DNA from: Mobula hypostoma
Lineage: Eukaryota
DNA length: 64,000 nucleotides
Direction: 5' to 3'
NCBI RefSeq assembly: GCF_963921235.1
Contig: NC_086108.1
Span: forward strand, 16,368,001-16,432,000
Of this stretch, positions 23,418 to 36,859 are shown piece after piece (the first letter of the stretch is position 1; each line of letters starts with the position of its first letter). The position numbers and the translations under genes were made by a program. Below the pieces are notes generated by a model. That model ran no database searches. It saw only the letters and a list, made by a program, of their open reading frames with translations, and was not told the origin of the DNA.

Positions 23418-25649
23418 CAGTGGTACTAGAAAGTTTGTAAACCCTGTAGAATTTTAACTATTTCCGCATAAATATGACTGTGTTGCCCTTAAGGCATTTA
23501 TTTGACTTTGTTGGGTCTACGCTTTAAATGATTTGTTTCTAACTATTTTCTAGTTAAAGTTAAAGGTTGATAATTATGTTACAGTATAACAAAGGTAAAT
23601 TCATTGTCTATGGTATATCGTGGCATGTGATGACATCACCTATGGTTTCGCCACGTCTTATGTGTAACTTCCGGTTCGGGAAGGTGTAAAGGTGGGTGCT
23701 ATGCATGCAGCATGATCGTGAAGAGCTCCATGTCTACCCAAAAAGAAACATTATAGAAGCAACGCTGTAAGTTCCTATATAAGTATTTGAAGTAAAAATA
23801 TTAACACGGCTTCTGTTAAGGAAGCAGTGGTTTGGGTGGCAAGCGTGTCATCTTTTCAATTTCAAACGCGGGGTGGGCTTGGGTCCGGCGCTGGTGTGAC
23901 AGGACCCTCCTCGCCCACTACTCGAGGCGGCTGGAGACACTCGCTAAAAGAAGAGCGCATACGTGGTCTCCAGAATGAAACAGATGCTGTATATGTTTGT
24001 ATTTTTTTATCAACAGTTTTCACCATACGATGTTAATGTGGAAGAGTGAACCTTACTCCTGAAGTAAGGTTAACCTTACTACGACACTGTCTTCATTGGC
24101 TCAGGTTTAACTTGGTGTTTAGTCAGAGTTTCAAAACACTGCACGAGAACACTACAATGACCTAAAATGTGATCAGATCTTCACACAAGCCCTAAAACTA
24201 GATAAGGAGAACCCAATTAAATAAATAACAAAAAACATTATACCTGCTAATTTATTGGAAAAAAAATCCAATATTACATGTATTTATTGGAAAAAGTATG
24301 TTAACCTCTGGAGTAATGCCTTCTACACAAGCGATTTGGAGACGGGTTTTCTAACCAATGAGATAAGATTGAAGGTGTGGGTTGAAAAGGTGCCCTGCTC
24401 GATATAAAAAAGTTAGGTCATTGACAGAGCCTGCTCTTCTCAAGAAAGACCTGTTTATATGCACCATGCCTCAATCAGAACAGTTTAGAAGAACTGTAGA
24501 AATGCATCGAACTGGAAAAGGCTACAAAAGCATTTCTACAGACTTGAGTGTTCATCAGTTGACACTAAGAGAAATTGTCCAGAAAATGGAGGAAACTCAG
24601 TACTGTTGCTACACCAACAGCACAACGTGCAATGCTGATGGAGGTGAAAAAGAACCCAAGGGTGACAGCAAAAGACCTGCAGCCTTCTCTAAAACTTGTT
24701 AAAGTCTCTGTTCAAGTGTCCACTATAAGAAAAGCACTGAACAAGAATGGTGTTCATGGAAGGACATCACAGAAGAAACCACTGCTCTCCAAACAAAAAA
24801 AAAACATTGCTGCACATCAAGCTTGCAAAAGAACACCTGGGATGCTCTACAACACTTCTGGGACAATGTTCTGTGGACAGATGAGACAAAATTTAAATTT
24901 GCTTTTTATTTTTAGCAGAAATGCACATTGCTATATTTGGAGGGGAAAAGAGCACTGCACACCAACATCAAAATTTATCCCAACTGTGAAGCATGGTGGA
25001 AGGAGTATCATAGTTTGAGGCTGTTTTTGCTGCCTCTGAGCCTGGTCAGCTTGCAATTGTTGAGAGAACAATGAATTCAAAATTGTATCAAGACATTTTA
25101 CAGGACAAGACAAGGTAGCAGTCCACCACCTGAAGCTTAATAGAAGACTATTTGAAAAACAAGAGAAAATCAACAAGAAAATGGTTTAAAAAGAAGACAA
25201 TTCCTGTTTTGGAATGGCTGAGTCAAAGTCCTGACCTTAATCCTATAGAAATGTTGTGGAAGGACTTGAAGCAAGCAGTTCATGCAAGGAAGCCTACCAA
25301 CATCCCAGAATTGAAGCAGTTTTGTACAAAGGAATGGCCTAAAATGCCTCCAAGTTGATGTGCAGGACTGAGCAACAGTTGCTGGAAACGTTTGGTTTAA
25401 GTTATTGTTATACAATGGCGTCACACTGAAAGCAAAGGTTCACATACTTTTTCCAACAAATAAAGGTAATATTGCATCATTTTTGTCAATAAATAAATGA
25501 ACAAGTATAATGTTTTTCATTTTATCTATTTAATTGGGCTCTCTTTATCTAGTTTTAGGACCTGCGTGAAGAACTGATCACATTTTAGGTCAGATTTATG
25601 CAGAATTAGAGAAAATTCTACCGTGTTCACAAACTTTCTAGCACCACTG
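23418..25649 (+). mobile_element. Tc1-family transposon (second family), degenerate transposase
   Basis: TA|CAGTGGTACTAGAAAGTTTG ... CAAACTTTCTAGCACCACTG|TA. ORFs with GKGYKSIS, PTVKHGGRSI and WLSQSPDLNPIEMLW. Confidence 0.9.
23479..24156. mobile_element. Solo LTR (678 bp) inserted in the left TIR of the Tc1
   Basis: TGTGTTG...ACTACA termini with a perfect 5-bp TSD ATGAC (23474-23478 and 24157-24161). Removing it restores the TIR match to the right end. Confidence 0.8.
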
Positions 25650-26563
25650 TATGGTTGAATGACAATTAAACTTGAATTGAATTGAAAACACATTCAAGGC
25701 TTTTTTCTAATGCTATTAAGAGATAACTGAACACTGTGTGCATTCTTTGATCTATTTGTACCCAAGCTCAGTAATTCCCTCTACCATGTCTTGTAAAATT
25801 CCCCAAATTTTAATAATTTCTCTAAAATTTAGTAATGCATCCTAATATTTCCTCTGGTTCATTATTAATTATTGTCTGACAATACTTTTGTGGATAATTT
25901 GGCTACATTAAAAGGTGTTAACAAATCCAAGTTGTTATTACATAACTTCAAGATGGGCAACTACATTGCTGGTTAAATAATATCTCACACCACGAAACAA
26001 TAAAAAATTTATATATATATATATATTACCTGTACTTAAAAATGGAAAAGCAATTCTGAGTACCTTATACACAGAGACAAGAGCATTTATAATGGAGAAT
26101 AAGCAAATGATAAACACATTAAATTATTACCTTACAGTCATTATGGAAAATACACATAAACCTGATATATTAGAGAATCAAGAACCTAGTGAAAATGTGA
26201 AACTGAAGGAATTAAGTCAGTCAGAAATTAGTATCAATGAAGCTAGTGAATGTGAAACTAATGAATCTCAAGGGCCTGATGATTTACATCCCCGAGTTTT
26301 GAAAAGATAGCTCCTATTAAAACCTTTCAAAGTTCTGCAGATTCTAGAATTATTCCAAATGACTGTGGGGAGCAAATGTGACCACATTATTTAAGGGAGG
26401 AAAGGGAGGGAGGAATAAAAATTCAGGAACATTGAGCTGTTAACCTAATGTCAGTGATAGGAAAATGACGGAAGCTTTAATAAAGGATGGAATTTCAGAA
26501 TACCATGCAAACAATAATTGTATTGAGAAGAATCCACATGAAAGAAAACGATCCACTAGATTT

Positions 26564-28020
26564 CAGAATCAGGTTTGTTATCACCGGCAAGTGATGTGAA
26601 ATTTGTTAACTTAGCAGCAGCAGTTCAATGCAATACATAATCTAGCAGAGAGAGAAAAAATAATAATAAATAAAATAAAACATAATAAACAAGTAAATCA
26701 ATTACATATATTGAATAGATTTTTTAAAAATGTGCAAAAACAGAAATACTGTATATTAAAAAAAAAAGTGAGGTAGTGTCCAAAGCTTCAATGTCCATTG
26801 AGGAATCGGATGGCAGAGGAGAAGGAGCTGTTCCTGAATCACTGAGTGTGTGTCTTCAGGCTTCTGTACCTCCTACCGGACGGTAACTTTGAGAAAAGGG
26901 CATGCCCTGGGTGCTAGAGGTCCTTAATAACGGACGCTGCCTTTGTCCTGGATACTTTGTAGGCTACTGCTCAAGATAGAGCTGACTAGATTTACAACCT
27001 TCTGCAGCTTCTTACAGTCCTGTGCAGTAGCCCCTCCATACCAGACAGTGATTCAGCCTGTCAGAATGTTCTCCACGGTACAACTATAGAAGTTTTTGAG
27101 TGTATTTGTTGACATGCCAAATCTCTTCAAGCTCCTAATAAAGTATAGCCGCTGTCTTGCCTTCTTTATAACTATATCAATATGTTGGGATCAGGTTAGA
27201 TCCTCAGAGATCTTGACACCCTGGAAAATGAAGCTGCTCACTGTCTCCACTTCTGATTCCCCCTATGAGAATTGGCATGTGTTCCTTTGTCTTACCCTTC
27301 CTTTAGTCCACAATCAGCTCTTTTGTCTTACTGACGCTGAGTGCCAGGTTGTTGCTGCGGCACCATTCCACTAGTTGGCATATCTCACTCCTGGACACCC
27401 TCTCGTCACCACCTGAGATTCTACCAACAACGGTTGTATCATCAGTAAATTTGTAGATGGTATTTGAGCTATGCCTAGCCACACAGTCAGGTGTATACAG
27501 AGAGTAGAGCAGTGGGCTAAGCACACACCCCTGAAGTGCACCAGTGTTGATGGTCAGCGAGGAGGATATGTTATCACCAATCCACACAGACTGTGGTCTT
27601 CCTGTTAGGAAGTCGAGGATCCAACTGTAGAGGGAGATAGAGGCCCAGGTTCTGCAATTTCTTAATCAGGATTGTGGGAATGATGGTATTAAATGCCGAG
27701 CTATAGTTGATGAACCGCATCCTGATGTAGGTGTTTTGTGTCGTCTAGGTGGTCTAAAGCCGTGTGAAGAGCCATTGAGATTGTGTCTGCCATTGACCTA
27801 TTGTGGCAATAGGCAAATTGCAATGGGTCCAGGTCCTTGCTGAGGCAGGAGTTCAGTCTAGTCATAACCAACCTCTCAAAGCATTTCATCACTGTCGATG
27901 TGAGTGCTACCGGGCAACAGTCATTAAGGCAGTCCACATTATTCTTCTTTGGCACTGGTATAATTGTTGCCTTTTTGAAGCAAGTGGGAACTCCTGCCCA
28001 TAGCAGTGAGAGGTTGAAAA
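26564..28020 (-). mobile_element. Rex1/Babar-type LINE 3' portion
   Basis: [46 protein letters not shown] and KTKELIVD. Tail GATAACAAACCTGATTCTGA. Confidence 0.88.
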
Positions 28021-28884
28021 TTTCTTTAGAGATATTAATCTGGAATAGATAAGGGAACCAGGCAGTGGTCCATGTAGACTATTTTGGAAGGCAGCTAATA
28101 AGGCCCTGATTGGCCAACAAGTTAGAACACGTGAGATTCTAGGTAATGTAGAACATGATCTCAGAATTGGTTATCACTATGAAAACAAACAGTAGGAATA
28201 TGTGATGAACAGAAGATTCTGTAGATACTGGAAAACTTGAGCAACACACACAAAATTCTGGAGGAACTCAGCTCGTCAGGCAGCATCTATGGAGGAGAAT
28301 AAGCAGTTGACATCTTAGGCAGAGATCCTTCACCAGTAAGAATATATGGATTGTTCTCACATTGGCAGGCTGTGACTTGTGGGATACCGTAGGGGTCAGT
28401 GCCAGAGTACCAACCTTTAATAAATCTATGTCAACAATTTTGCTGGAAGATCAAATGTAATATTTCTAAGTCTGCTGAGCATACCAAATAAGATGGAATT
28501 GCAGGCATGGAGAACAGAACAGAGGGTTCAGGTAGACTTAAATACAGTGAGTGCGTGGGCCAGAATATGGTAGATAGTATATGTAGAAAAAGTGTCATCC
28601 ATTCAATGCACGTAATAGAAAAGCAGAGTATCTGTTGAATGGTAAAAGTCTGTACTATTTTATTATTCAAAAGAGATCCAGGTGTGCTTGTAATAACTGC
28701 TGAAAGCCAATATGTGGGTGCAGCAAGCAATAGAGGCAAAATTGTATGTTAAATTTTACATGAATATTTGAATAGAAGATTAAGAAAATTTTATTTTGAC
28801 TTCACAGAACCTAGGAGTTTGGAGTATGCAGTTTTCATCCCCTTGCCCAAGGAAAGACATGCTATTAAGGACTCTTCGTCTCAT

Positions 28885-29155
28885 GGGTGGCACGGTAATG
28901 CATTGTTTAGCACAACACGTTACAGTACCAGTGACCAGCGAGTTCAATTCCTGCTACTGTTTGTACTTTTCCCTGTGACTGTGTGGGTTTCCTCTGGGTG
29001 CTTCAGTTTCCTCTCACAGTACAAAGATGTACCAGCTGGTAGCTTAATAGGTCACAGTAAATTATACATGATTAGGCTAGGTTTAAAATCAGCGGATTAC
29101 TGAGTGGTGCAACTCAAAGAGCTGGCATGGCCTATTCTGCAAAGTATCTCAATAA
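28885..29155 (+). mobile_element. V-SINE (HE1-like) copy
   Basis: tRNA-like head (TGGCACGGT, GAGTTCAATTCC) and V-domain GTGGGTTTCCTCTGGGTGCTTCAGTTTCCTCTCACAG. Confidence 0.72.
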
Positions 29156-29694
29156 ATGTTCTTGATATTTATTGATTATTTATGTATTAATTATCTCTTT
29201 TTCTCTTTTTTGGTATTTGCACAGTTTGTTGCCTTTTGCATACTGGTCGCCTGCCTTGTCGGTGAGGTTTTTCATCGATTCTATTATGGCCATTAGATTT
29301 ATTGAGTATGCCTGCAAGAAAATGAATCTCATGTTTGTAAATGGTGACATGAATGTAGTTTGATAATAAATTTACTTCGAACTTTGAGCAAGGGAGTTCA
29401 GCAAAGATCCACCAGATTGGTTCAAAGGAGGGTGGGATTGCTGCATCATGAGAGTTTGTGTTGTACTTTCTGGAGTTCCGAAGAATGAGATGAACTCAAA
29501 AAAGTATAAGATTGTTAAAACAGATTGACAAACTAGAAGCAGGGAAAGATGGCGCCCAGCTGAGGAATCTAGTATTAGGGATACAGTTCTGGAATAAGGT
29601 AAAGGCGTTTAGGATAGAGGTAAGGAGCAATTTCTTCATTTAAGATGATTTGAAATTCTCTACCTGGAGGGCTATGAAGGCTCAGTCATTTATT

Positions 29695-29880
29695 TAGAAA
29701 TATAGTGAGGAATGAGGCCTTCTAGCCCAATGAACTGCAGCAACTAGCAACCCAACTATTTAATCATGGGACAACTTATAATGACCAATTAACCAGCTAA
29801 CCAGTATATCTTTGGACTGTGGGAGGAAATCCACAGGGAGAATGTACAAACTTCTTACAAATGGAATTGGAATTGAACTC
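29695..29880 (-). mobile_element. Degenerate V-SINE copy
   Basis: Minus strand GAGTTCAATTCC...TTTCCTCCCACAGTCCAAAGA...TTAATTGGTCATT. Confidence 0.55.
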
Positions 29881-30215
29881 ATGGTGATCATTCAAAACAG
29901 GATTAACTTCTGTTTAAACATAATTCAGTATGTGTTAAAAGAGTGACACCAAAGTCGATCATTCATGATCTCAAAGGCCTACTCTGGCTCCTTTTTCTTA
30001 TGCCTTTACTAAATTTACATGTAATCCATTTGATAGGCTCTGGCAGTACAGACTCAAACACTTGGTTACATTAGCTTGCATGAAGAGTTTGACAGATTAC
30101 AAGCTTAGGTCTCTTTCCATGGCCATTTACAATCTCTTCTACTCTTCACTATCAGTGAGAGAGAATCTTACTTACAGTAATAAGAAACAGCACATAACTG
30201 TATAAAAAAAGTTAC

Positions 30216-30841
30216 CTGTTTCTCCTCTGATACTGATTGGTTGGGAGGCAGCTCATTAAACTTCACTAACTCAGTTACACATTTTGAAAAAGTCTCCTGT
30301 AAATATTTTTGGCACATGGGTTCTGGCTTAGGCTTTGAGAAGGCTTCTTTCTGTTTCCTGTAGAGTTCTTGCAACCGCTTGTTCTTCTGTTCCATTGCTT
30401 CCTTCTGAGCCTTCTTCTCTTCTGTCTGTCTTTTCTTCCTCTCTACTTGTTGCCTGACAATATACTGCCTGACCTCCTCTGCATCATAATGCCTCAAACG
30501 CTTCAGCTGCATTTCAGTGCTCAGGTTGGACTTCTCCTGCTTTCTCTTAATTGGGCTCACACTTCTGGAGAAGGCACGGCCTCCTGTAGTCTGTTTGCCA
30601 CCTTCAAAATTTGTCTTTTCTTCTGCACTTTTCCGAGTTCCCTCAAGCTGAAGGTCATCAAGGATCTCTCTTACTTCAGCTGGTAGCACATGTGTATTCA
30701 GCACTTCCAGTTTATTTTGCCCTTCTTCCTTCCTCCAGTCACCCCCCAAAGGCTGCTTTGCTGTGTGGGACTCGGAGCTTCCGGGCCTCGACTTTTTGAA
30801 AACTTCAAGTCTAGGGTCGGGGTCTGTTCTTCTGACATTTT
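30216..30841 (-). CDS. CEP350: CEP350 coding exon, 626 nt, phase 1->0
   Basis: Inside ORF 30168-30944. Acceptor ccctatctacag|AA AAT, donor AAA CAG|gtaac. Encodes RHYDAEEVRQYIVRQQVERKKRQTEEKKAQKEAMEQKNKRLQELYRKQKEAF, a conserved CEP350 coiled coil. Confidence 0.95.
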
Positions 30842-31361
30842 CTGTAGATAGGGCAAAAAATACAAGAACAAACAAGATGGGGAGGAGATAACGAAGTTTA
30901 GGAACAAAAGATAGAGCTTTACAAATTATACTATTTAATCCCAAACTCTGTTTATTAAATTACATATGTTTATACTTTTATAAGATACTGTTGTATTATA
31001 TTGGGCTAGACCCAAGTACAGGAACAGAATAAAGGATACAACATAACCACTATTACATAAGGACTTCTGCTTATAAATGAAAACTGCCATTCAAATCATA
31101 TAATTCAGCTCTTTAGTAAATTAAGTTCAAGAGCAACGACTTGGAAGAGATGCAAGTGAAATATCTCAAAGGAATTTCTTTTGTAGCATAACAAATAATA
31201 GAATATCACGAAATTTTTTTGAGTAATTCAGCAGAATCAAGTCCAACTCTGCAGTACCTAGTCGATTTCAAAATTCATCCAAGTCATTATATCACTTCTT
31301 AATTGATCTTAACCCATTTCAAGATATTTTAACTGTCATAGTCAAAGACAGAACCACCGGA

Positions 31362-33272
31362 CATCACGGCAGCGTAGCAGTTCGAACAATGTTACTACAG
31401 CTCAGGGCACTGGAGTTTGGAGTTCAATTTCAATGTGCTGGAGCTTTCGGAAAGCATCAAGTTGTCTAAGTCACCAGGACTGGAGGAGATGTACCCAGGC
31501 TACTGTGGGAGGCAAGGAAGGAGATTGCTGAGCCTCTGGCAATAATCTTTGCATCATCAATGGGGACAGGAAAGGTTCCAGAGGATTGGAGGGTTGCGGA
31601 TGTTGTTCCCTTATTCAAGAAAGGGAGTAGAGATAGCCCAGGAAATTATAGACCAGTTGAGTTTTACTTCAGTGGTTGGTAAGTTGATGGAGAAGATCCT
31701 GAGAGGCAGGATTTATGAACATTTGGAGAGTCATAATATGATTAGGAATAGTCAACATGGCTTTGTCAAAGGCAGGTTGTGCCTTACGAGCCTGATTGAA
31801 TTTTTTGAGGATGTGACTAAACACATTGATGAAGGTAGAGCAGTTGATGTAGTGTATATGGATTTCAGCAAGGCATTTGATAAGGTTCCCCATGCCAGGC
31901 TTATTGAGAAAGTAAGGAGGCATGGGATCCAAGGGGACATTGCTTTGTAGATCCAGAACTAGCTTGCCCACAGAAGGCAAAGAGTGGTTGTAGACGGGTC
32001 ATATTCTGCATGGAGGTCGGTCACCAGTGGTGTGCCCCAGGGATCTGTTCTGGGACCCCTACTTTTCGTGATTTTTATAAATGACCTGGATGAAGAAGAG
32101 GAGGGATGGGTTAGTAAATTTGCTGATGACACAAAGGTTGGGGGTGTTGTGGATAGTGTGGAGGGCTGTCAGAGGTTACAGCAGGACATTGATAGGATGA
32201 AAAACTAGGCTGAGAAGTGGCAGATGGAGTTCAACCCAGATAAGTGTGAGGTGGTTCATTTTGGTAGGTCAAATATGATGGCAGAATATAGTATTAATGG
32301 TAAGACTCTTGACAGTGTGGAGGATCAGAGGGATCTTGGGGTCCAAGTCCATAGGACACTAAAAGCTGCTGCGCAGGTTGATTCTGTGGTTAAGAAATTT
32401 CATCAATTGTGGGATTGAGTTTATGAGCTGAGAGGTAATGTTGCAGTTATATAGGACACTGGTCAGACCCCACTTGGAGTACTCAGTTCTGGTCGCCTAC
32501 TATAGGAAGGTTGTGGAAACCATAGAAAGGGTGCAGAGGAGATTTACATGGATGTTGCCTGGATTGGGGAGCATGCCTTATGAGAATAGGTTGAGTGAAT
32601 TAGGCCTTTTTTCCTGGAGCAACGGAGAATGAGAGGTGACCTGACAGAGGTGTATAAGATGATGAGAGGCATTGATCGTGCGGAGAGTCAGAGGCTTTTT
32701 CCCACGGCTGAAATGGCTAGCACGAGAGGGTACAGTTTTAAGGTGCTTGGAAGTAGGTACAGAGGACACTTACCATTTATATTTTATTCTGTCTTCAGAG
32801 GTCAGGAGTAATTTTTTTTTAATGCAGAGAGTGGTGAATGCGTGGAATGGACTGCTGGCAACGGTGGTGGAGTCTGATACAATGCGGTCTTTTAAGAGAC
32901 TCCTGAACAGGTACACGAAGCTCAGAGAAATAGAGGGCTATGGGTAACCCTAGGTAATTCCTAAGGCAAAGACATGTTCGGCACAGATTTGTGGGCCAAA
33001 GGGCCTGTATTGTGCTGTAGGTTTTCTATGTTTCTATATTTATCTGTAAGTATTCTATATGTCCTCCTAGTGAAATACATGGGTTTTCTCCGGGTGCTCC
33101 AGTTTCCTCACGCAGTCTAAAGACATACTGTTAGTAGGTTAACTGGTCATTGTAAATAGTCTTGTGATTAGGCGAGGGTTAAATCAGAGTTGCTGGGCAG
33201 TGCTGCTCAAAGGACCAGAAGGGCCTATTCCGCACTGAACCTTAATAAATTAATGAACGCATAAATAAATAA
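31362..33272 (+). mobile_element. V-SINE split by a CR1 insertion (head 31362-31434, body 33040-33272)
   Basis: The head with GGAGTTCAATT precedes the CR1. The V-domain GGGTTTTCTCCGGGTGCTCCAGTTTCCTC and (TAAA)n tail follow it. Colinear with 4295-4592. Confidence 0.7.
31435..33037 (+). mobile_element. CR1 LINE 3' portion (RT to tail)
   Basis: [37 protein letters not shown] and TTTCTATGTTTCTA tail. Same family as 874-2171. Confidence 0.92.
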
Positions 33273-33559
33273 AAGGAACTATTTGCTTTCCATAGTGTGA
33301 CTGCAATCTTACTGAGACACACTGCAGCTGTTGAGGTCAAAGTGTGCACAATTTTGAACTACTGGCTTTAGCAAGGAGGGCAAGAAGTGACCTTGTATAT
33401 TTTTTCTTCTTTCTTTAAAAAGAAAATGAATGGGTTGAAAGATATGGAACCTAGGGCTTCCATGCAATATTAAGGTCAGGAACATTTCCATATTCCCTGG
33501 TGACTATCTGCCAGAAGTCTGTTCAGCTGCGCTCCTATCAAACCACACATCAATTGTTA

Positions 33560-34140
33560 TGGATATGCTCAGTATGGAGTACTGAGATGCAGAGTATATG
33601 GCAGATACAACATTTAGTGACACTGTCACAGTGCAGGTACAAAAAGAGAGATAGTTGATCATGTTCAATGGCAGGCAGGAAGTGTCCTTGCTGCCTGACC
33701 TCACTACTTATGTGGTCATCTGGTGACTATTCCCTTCTCCACAGGTATTTATTTGGATTCTATGGGTAGGGAGTGGTAGAGGAAAGGGGTTCTTAGAGTA
33801 AAATGGCAGCAGCAAAGTTTATGCTGCCACAGTTTCTCTGATGCAATATGGGGAAGAAAAGGTTAAGGCAAACACAAGTGATCAGAGATCTGTTTTTAGC
33901 TACTCAGTCTATTCCACTCACTAACAAGAGTCCAAAAAGGTTTGTTGTCCCACCCCCCACCCCAGTGCCAGGGACATCTCTGAATAGTTACAGATGATGC
34001 TGAGGGAGAAAAGTAACCCCAAGTTGTAGTACATATTGGTACTAACAACCTTGGTAGAAAGATGCACGAGGTCCTAAGGTGCTGGTAGGTTCAACTGCAT
34101 TTACTTCAATGCAAGGAGCATCAAGTCAGATGAGCTGAGA
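33560..34140 (+). mobile_element. Ancient CR1 ORF1 (esterase) remnant
   Basis: VVVHIGTNNLG-like segment near 34025-34055, comparable with VLVHIVTNDIG at about 60300. Confidence 0.45.
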
Positions 34141-34503
34141 AGTGACAGATTAGAGAGATCATCAGAGCAATAAGTAGAGAAGATATCATGGGGGGGATCA
34201 CTCGATGGGTATAACTTGGTACAAAATCAGTAAATGGTGAAACATTCAGCAACGAGACAGCATGCATGTAAAGCATAACTTAGTCAGCATTTCAGTAACC
34301 CTACTTCAGAATTTAACCAAAATCGATAAAATCTCATTTCAACTGTCCACCATGAATGCCATCCTTACCTGTTGGGTAGGTAGATCCAACACTTCTATTT
34401 CTATTTCAGATTTACAATATCTGCATTTTTTGTTCATCCCAAAACTTAATTTTTAATAACACGTTTCTATGTGTCAACTCCCCACTCCTACCTCACCCAT
34501 CTC

Positions 34504-36859
34504 ATGACTGGTGTATAATGACACCCAGGTCTCATTGCACCTCCCCTTTTCCTAATCGGCCACCATTCAGATAATAATCTGTTTTCCTATTTTTGCCACC
34601 AAAGTGGATAACTTCACATTTATCCACATTAAATTGCATCTGCCATGAGTTTGCCCACTCACCCAACCTATCCAAGTCACCCCGCATCCTCTTAGCATCC
34701 TCCTCACTGCTAACACTGCCACCCAGCTTCGTGTCATCCACAAACTTGGAGATGCTGCATTTAATTCCCTCATCCAAGTCATTAATATATATTGTAAACA
34801 ACTGGGGTCCCAGCACTGAGCCTTGCGGTACCCCACTAGTTACCGCCTGCCATTCTGAAAAGGTCCCGTTTATTTCCACTCTTTTCTTCCTGTCTGCTAA
34901 CCAATTCTCCACCCACACCAATACCTTACCCCCAATATCGTGTGCTTTAAGTTTGCACACTAATCTCCTGTGTGGGACCTTGTCAAAAGCCTTTTGAAAA
35001 TCCAAATATACCACATCCACTGGTTCTCCCCTATCCACTCTACTAGTTACATCCTCAAAAAATTCTATGAGATTCGTCAGACATGATTTTCCTTTCACAA
35101 ATCCATGCTGACTTTGTCCGATCATTTCACCGCTTTCCAAATGTGCTGTTATCACATCCTTGATAACTGACTCCAGCAGTTTCCCCACCACCGACGTTAG
35201 GCTAACTGGCCTATAATTCCCCGGTTTCTCTCTCCCTCCTTTTTTAAAAAGTGGGGTTACATTAGCCACCCTCCAATCCTCAGGAACTAGTCCAGAATCT
35301 AACGAGTTTTGAAAAATTATCACTAATGCATCCACTATTTCTTGGGCTACTTCCTTAAGCACTCTAGGATGCAGACCATCTGGCCCTGGGGATTTATCTG
35401 CCTTCAATCCCTTCAATTTACCTAACACCACTTCCCTACTAACATGTATTTCACTCAGTTCCTCCATCTCACTGGACCCTCTGTCCCTTACTATTTCTGG
35501 AAGATTATTTATGTCCTCCTGAGTGAAGACAGAACCAAAGTAATTATTCAATTGGTCTGCCATGTCCTTGCTCCCCATAATCAATTCACCTGTTTCTGTC
35601 TGCAGGGGACCTACATTTGTCTTTACCAGTCTTTTCCTTTTTACATATCTATAAAAGCTTTTACAGTCCGTTTTTATGTTCTCTGCCAGTTTTCTCTCAA
35701 AATCTTTTTTCCCCTTCCTAATTAAGCCCTTTGTCCTCCTCTGCTGAACTCTGAATTTCTCCCAGTCCTCAGGTGAGCCACTTTCTCTGGCTAATTTGTA
35801 TGCTACTTCTTTGGAATTGATACTATCCCTAATTTCTCTTGTCAGCCACGGGTTCACTACCTTCCTTGATTTATTCTTTTGCCAAACTGGGATGAACAAT
35901 TGTTGTAGTTCATCCATGCAACCTTTAAATGCTTGCCATTGCATATCCACCGTCAATCCTTTAAGTGTCATTTGCCAGTCTATCTTAGCTAATTCACGTC
36001 TCATACCTTCAAAGTTACCCCTCTTTAAGTTCAGAACCTTTGTTTCTGAATTAACTATGTCACTCTCCATGTTAATGAAGAATTCCACCATATTATGGTC
36101 ACTCTTACCCAAGAGGCCTCTCACGACAAGATCGCTAATTAACCCTTCCTCATTGCTCAAAACCCAGTCCAGAATAGCCTGCAGTGGGCATGCAGGTACA
36201 GCAGGCGGTGAAAAAGGCGAACGGTATGCTGGCATTTATAGCGAGAGGATTCGAGTACAGGAGCAGGGAGGTACTACTGCAGTTGTACAAGGCCTTGGTG
36301 AGACCACACCTGGAGTATTGTGTGCAGTTTTGGTCCCCTAATCTGAGGAAAGACATCTTTGCCATAGAGGGAGTACAAAGAAGGTTCACCAGATTGATTC
36401 CTGGGATGGCAGGTCTTTCATATGAAGAAAGACTGGATGAACTGGGCTTGTACTCGTTGGAATTTAGAAGATTGAGGGGGGATCTGATTGAAACGTATAA
36501 GATCCTAAAGGGATTGGACAGGCTAGATGCGGGAAGATTGTTCCCGATGTTGGGGAGGTCCAGAACGAGGGGTCACAGTTTGAGGATAGAGGGGAAGCCT
36601 TTTAGGACTGAGATTAGGAAAAACTTCTTCACACAGAGAGTGGTGAATCTGTGGAATTCTCTGCCACAGCAAACTGTTGAGGCCAGTTCATTGGCTATGT
36701 TTAAGAGGGAGTTAGATATGGCCCTTGTGGCTACAGGGGTCAGGGGGTATGGAGGGAAGGCTGGGTTCTGAGTTGGATGATCAGCCATGATCATAATAAA
36801 TGGCGGTGCAGGCTCGAAGGGCCGAATGGCCTACTCCTGCACCTATTTTCTATGTTTCT
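34504..36859 (+). mobile_element. Young CR1 LINE with 5' inversion (34504-36180 minus, 36183-36859 plus)
   Basis: Open minus-strand ORF2 segment (APE end to RT, ORF 34532-36235) abuts the plus-strand ORF2 C-terminus (36184-36771) and tail. The two pieces are consecutive in CR1 order. Candidate TSD ATCTC at 34499-34503 and 36860-36864. Confidence 0.88.

Larger units (their letters stand above)
26075..30000 (+). mobile_element. Ancient CR1 ORF2 scaffold, fragmented by younger insertions
   Basis: SQGPDDLHPRVLK at about 26270-26305. Degraded RT and 3' UTR remnants at 28030-28870 and 29390-30000. Confidence 0.55.

Noticed and set aside
26010..26026. Short (TA)n run, plus poly-G at about 578-591 and (AAAC/AAAT)n at about 39497-39530
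   Set aside because: Ordinary microsatellites or element tails.
28210..28335. Additional hammerhead-like remnants (also about 49030-49065)
   Set aside because: The core boxes are mutated (CTGGTGA, no GAAA), so they are not called ribozymes.
30842..30944. Hydrophobic, signal-peptide-like N-terminus of ORF 30168-30944
   Set aside because: It is the polypyrimidine tract and intron upstream of the CEP350 acceptor at 30841.
36150..36235. Apparent novel N-terminus and start codon of the 567-aa ORF
   Set aside because: It is read-through across the CR1 inversion junction, not a real start.
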